Part shown: piece after piece, positions 63,837-64,000 of the stretch
How positions within the stretch are numbered: position 1 is the first letter of the stretch
Layout: the number at the start of each line of letters is the position of its first letter
Assembly: GCA_021799635.1 (NCBI GenBank)
Contig: JAJZAB010000001.1
Span: 158,505 to 222,504, forward strand
Length of the DNA: 64,000 bases
Direction of reading: 5' to 3'
DNA from: Candidatus Micrarchaeota archaeon
GTDB taxonomy: Archaea; Micrarchaeota; Micrarchaeia; Micrarchaeales; Micrarchaeaceae
Notes under the pieces: generated by a model
What the model was told of the DNA's origin: nothing
Database searches by the model: none
What the model saw: the letters and a program-made list of their open reading frames with translations, nothing else
Position numbers and translations under genes: made by a program

Positions 63837-64000
63837 TTAGTAGGACTTGGCGAAATTTACTATGAATTTCGCACTGCTGCCACATATTGCGCAGCTCTTG
63901 CCTTTTGCCTTATCCTGCACATCGAACGGCATGTTTGTGGCCTTTGCGGCAGTGTCTCTTTTCACTTTGGCTTCGCAATCCTTTGAGCCACACCAAGGAG
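63837..64000 (-). CDS. proS: 3' end of prolyl-tRNA synthetase (archaeal type); 5' part lies beyond the window
   Basis: My translation gives ...PWCGSKDCEAKVKRDTAAKATNMPFDVQDKAKGKSCAICGSSAKFIVNFAKSY*. This is the C-terminal zinc-binding domain with the characteristic terminal Tyr of archaeal/eukaryal-type ProRS. Confidence 0.7.
   Translation of the reverse strand, partial: PWCGSKDCEAKVKRDTAAKATNMPFDVQDKAKGKSCAICGSSAKFIVNFAKSY

Overview
Gene-dense archaeal chromosomal segment with about 63 protein genes, 3 tRNAs and at least one unlisted box C/D sRNA. I saw no rRNA, CRISPR array, transposase, integrase or obvious defence island. Most genes are core information processing. Replication and repair: family B polymerase, PolD DP1/DP2, PolX, FEN-1, RNase HII, class II RNR, Lhr helicase with a coupled phosphoesterase, and SMC. 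Translation: PheRS alpha/beta, MetAP, the L1-P0-P1 cluster, L7Ae-S28e-L24e, L30e-S12-S7-EF-2, deoxyhypusine synthase, AlaX and the 3' end of ProRS. Others: Nop5, RpoK, MBF1, FtsZ, two M50 site-2 proteases, signal peptidase, a PAC2-type proteasome chaperone and a sufB-sufD-HTH-sufC-sufS-sufU Fe-S block. Two lipid-related genes are present: a geranylgeranyl reductase and a COG1964/tetraether-synthase-like radical SAM enzyme. PolD, FtsZ and the archaeal r-protein clusters argue for a non-crenarchaeal archaeon. The lineage cannot be named from sequence alone. Non-canonical tRNA introns, an N-terminally trimmed Nop5, a tail-less P0 and low-complexity r-protein extensions suggest a divergent, possibly small-genome lineage (DPANN/Micrarchaeota-like or Thermoplasmata-related); this is inference only. 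I did not find a convincing novel multi-gene system. The most notable signals are at the RNA level: BHB introns in a T-loop and a D-loop, a near-perfect C/D sRNA, and a k-turn-like hairpin over the L7Ae ribosome-binding site. There are also several unusual protein architectures and one start-codon anomaly in sufS. All family assignments come from motif recognition by eye; no searches were run.
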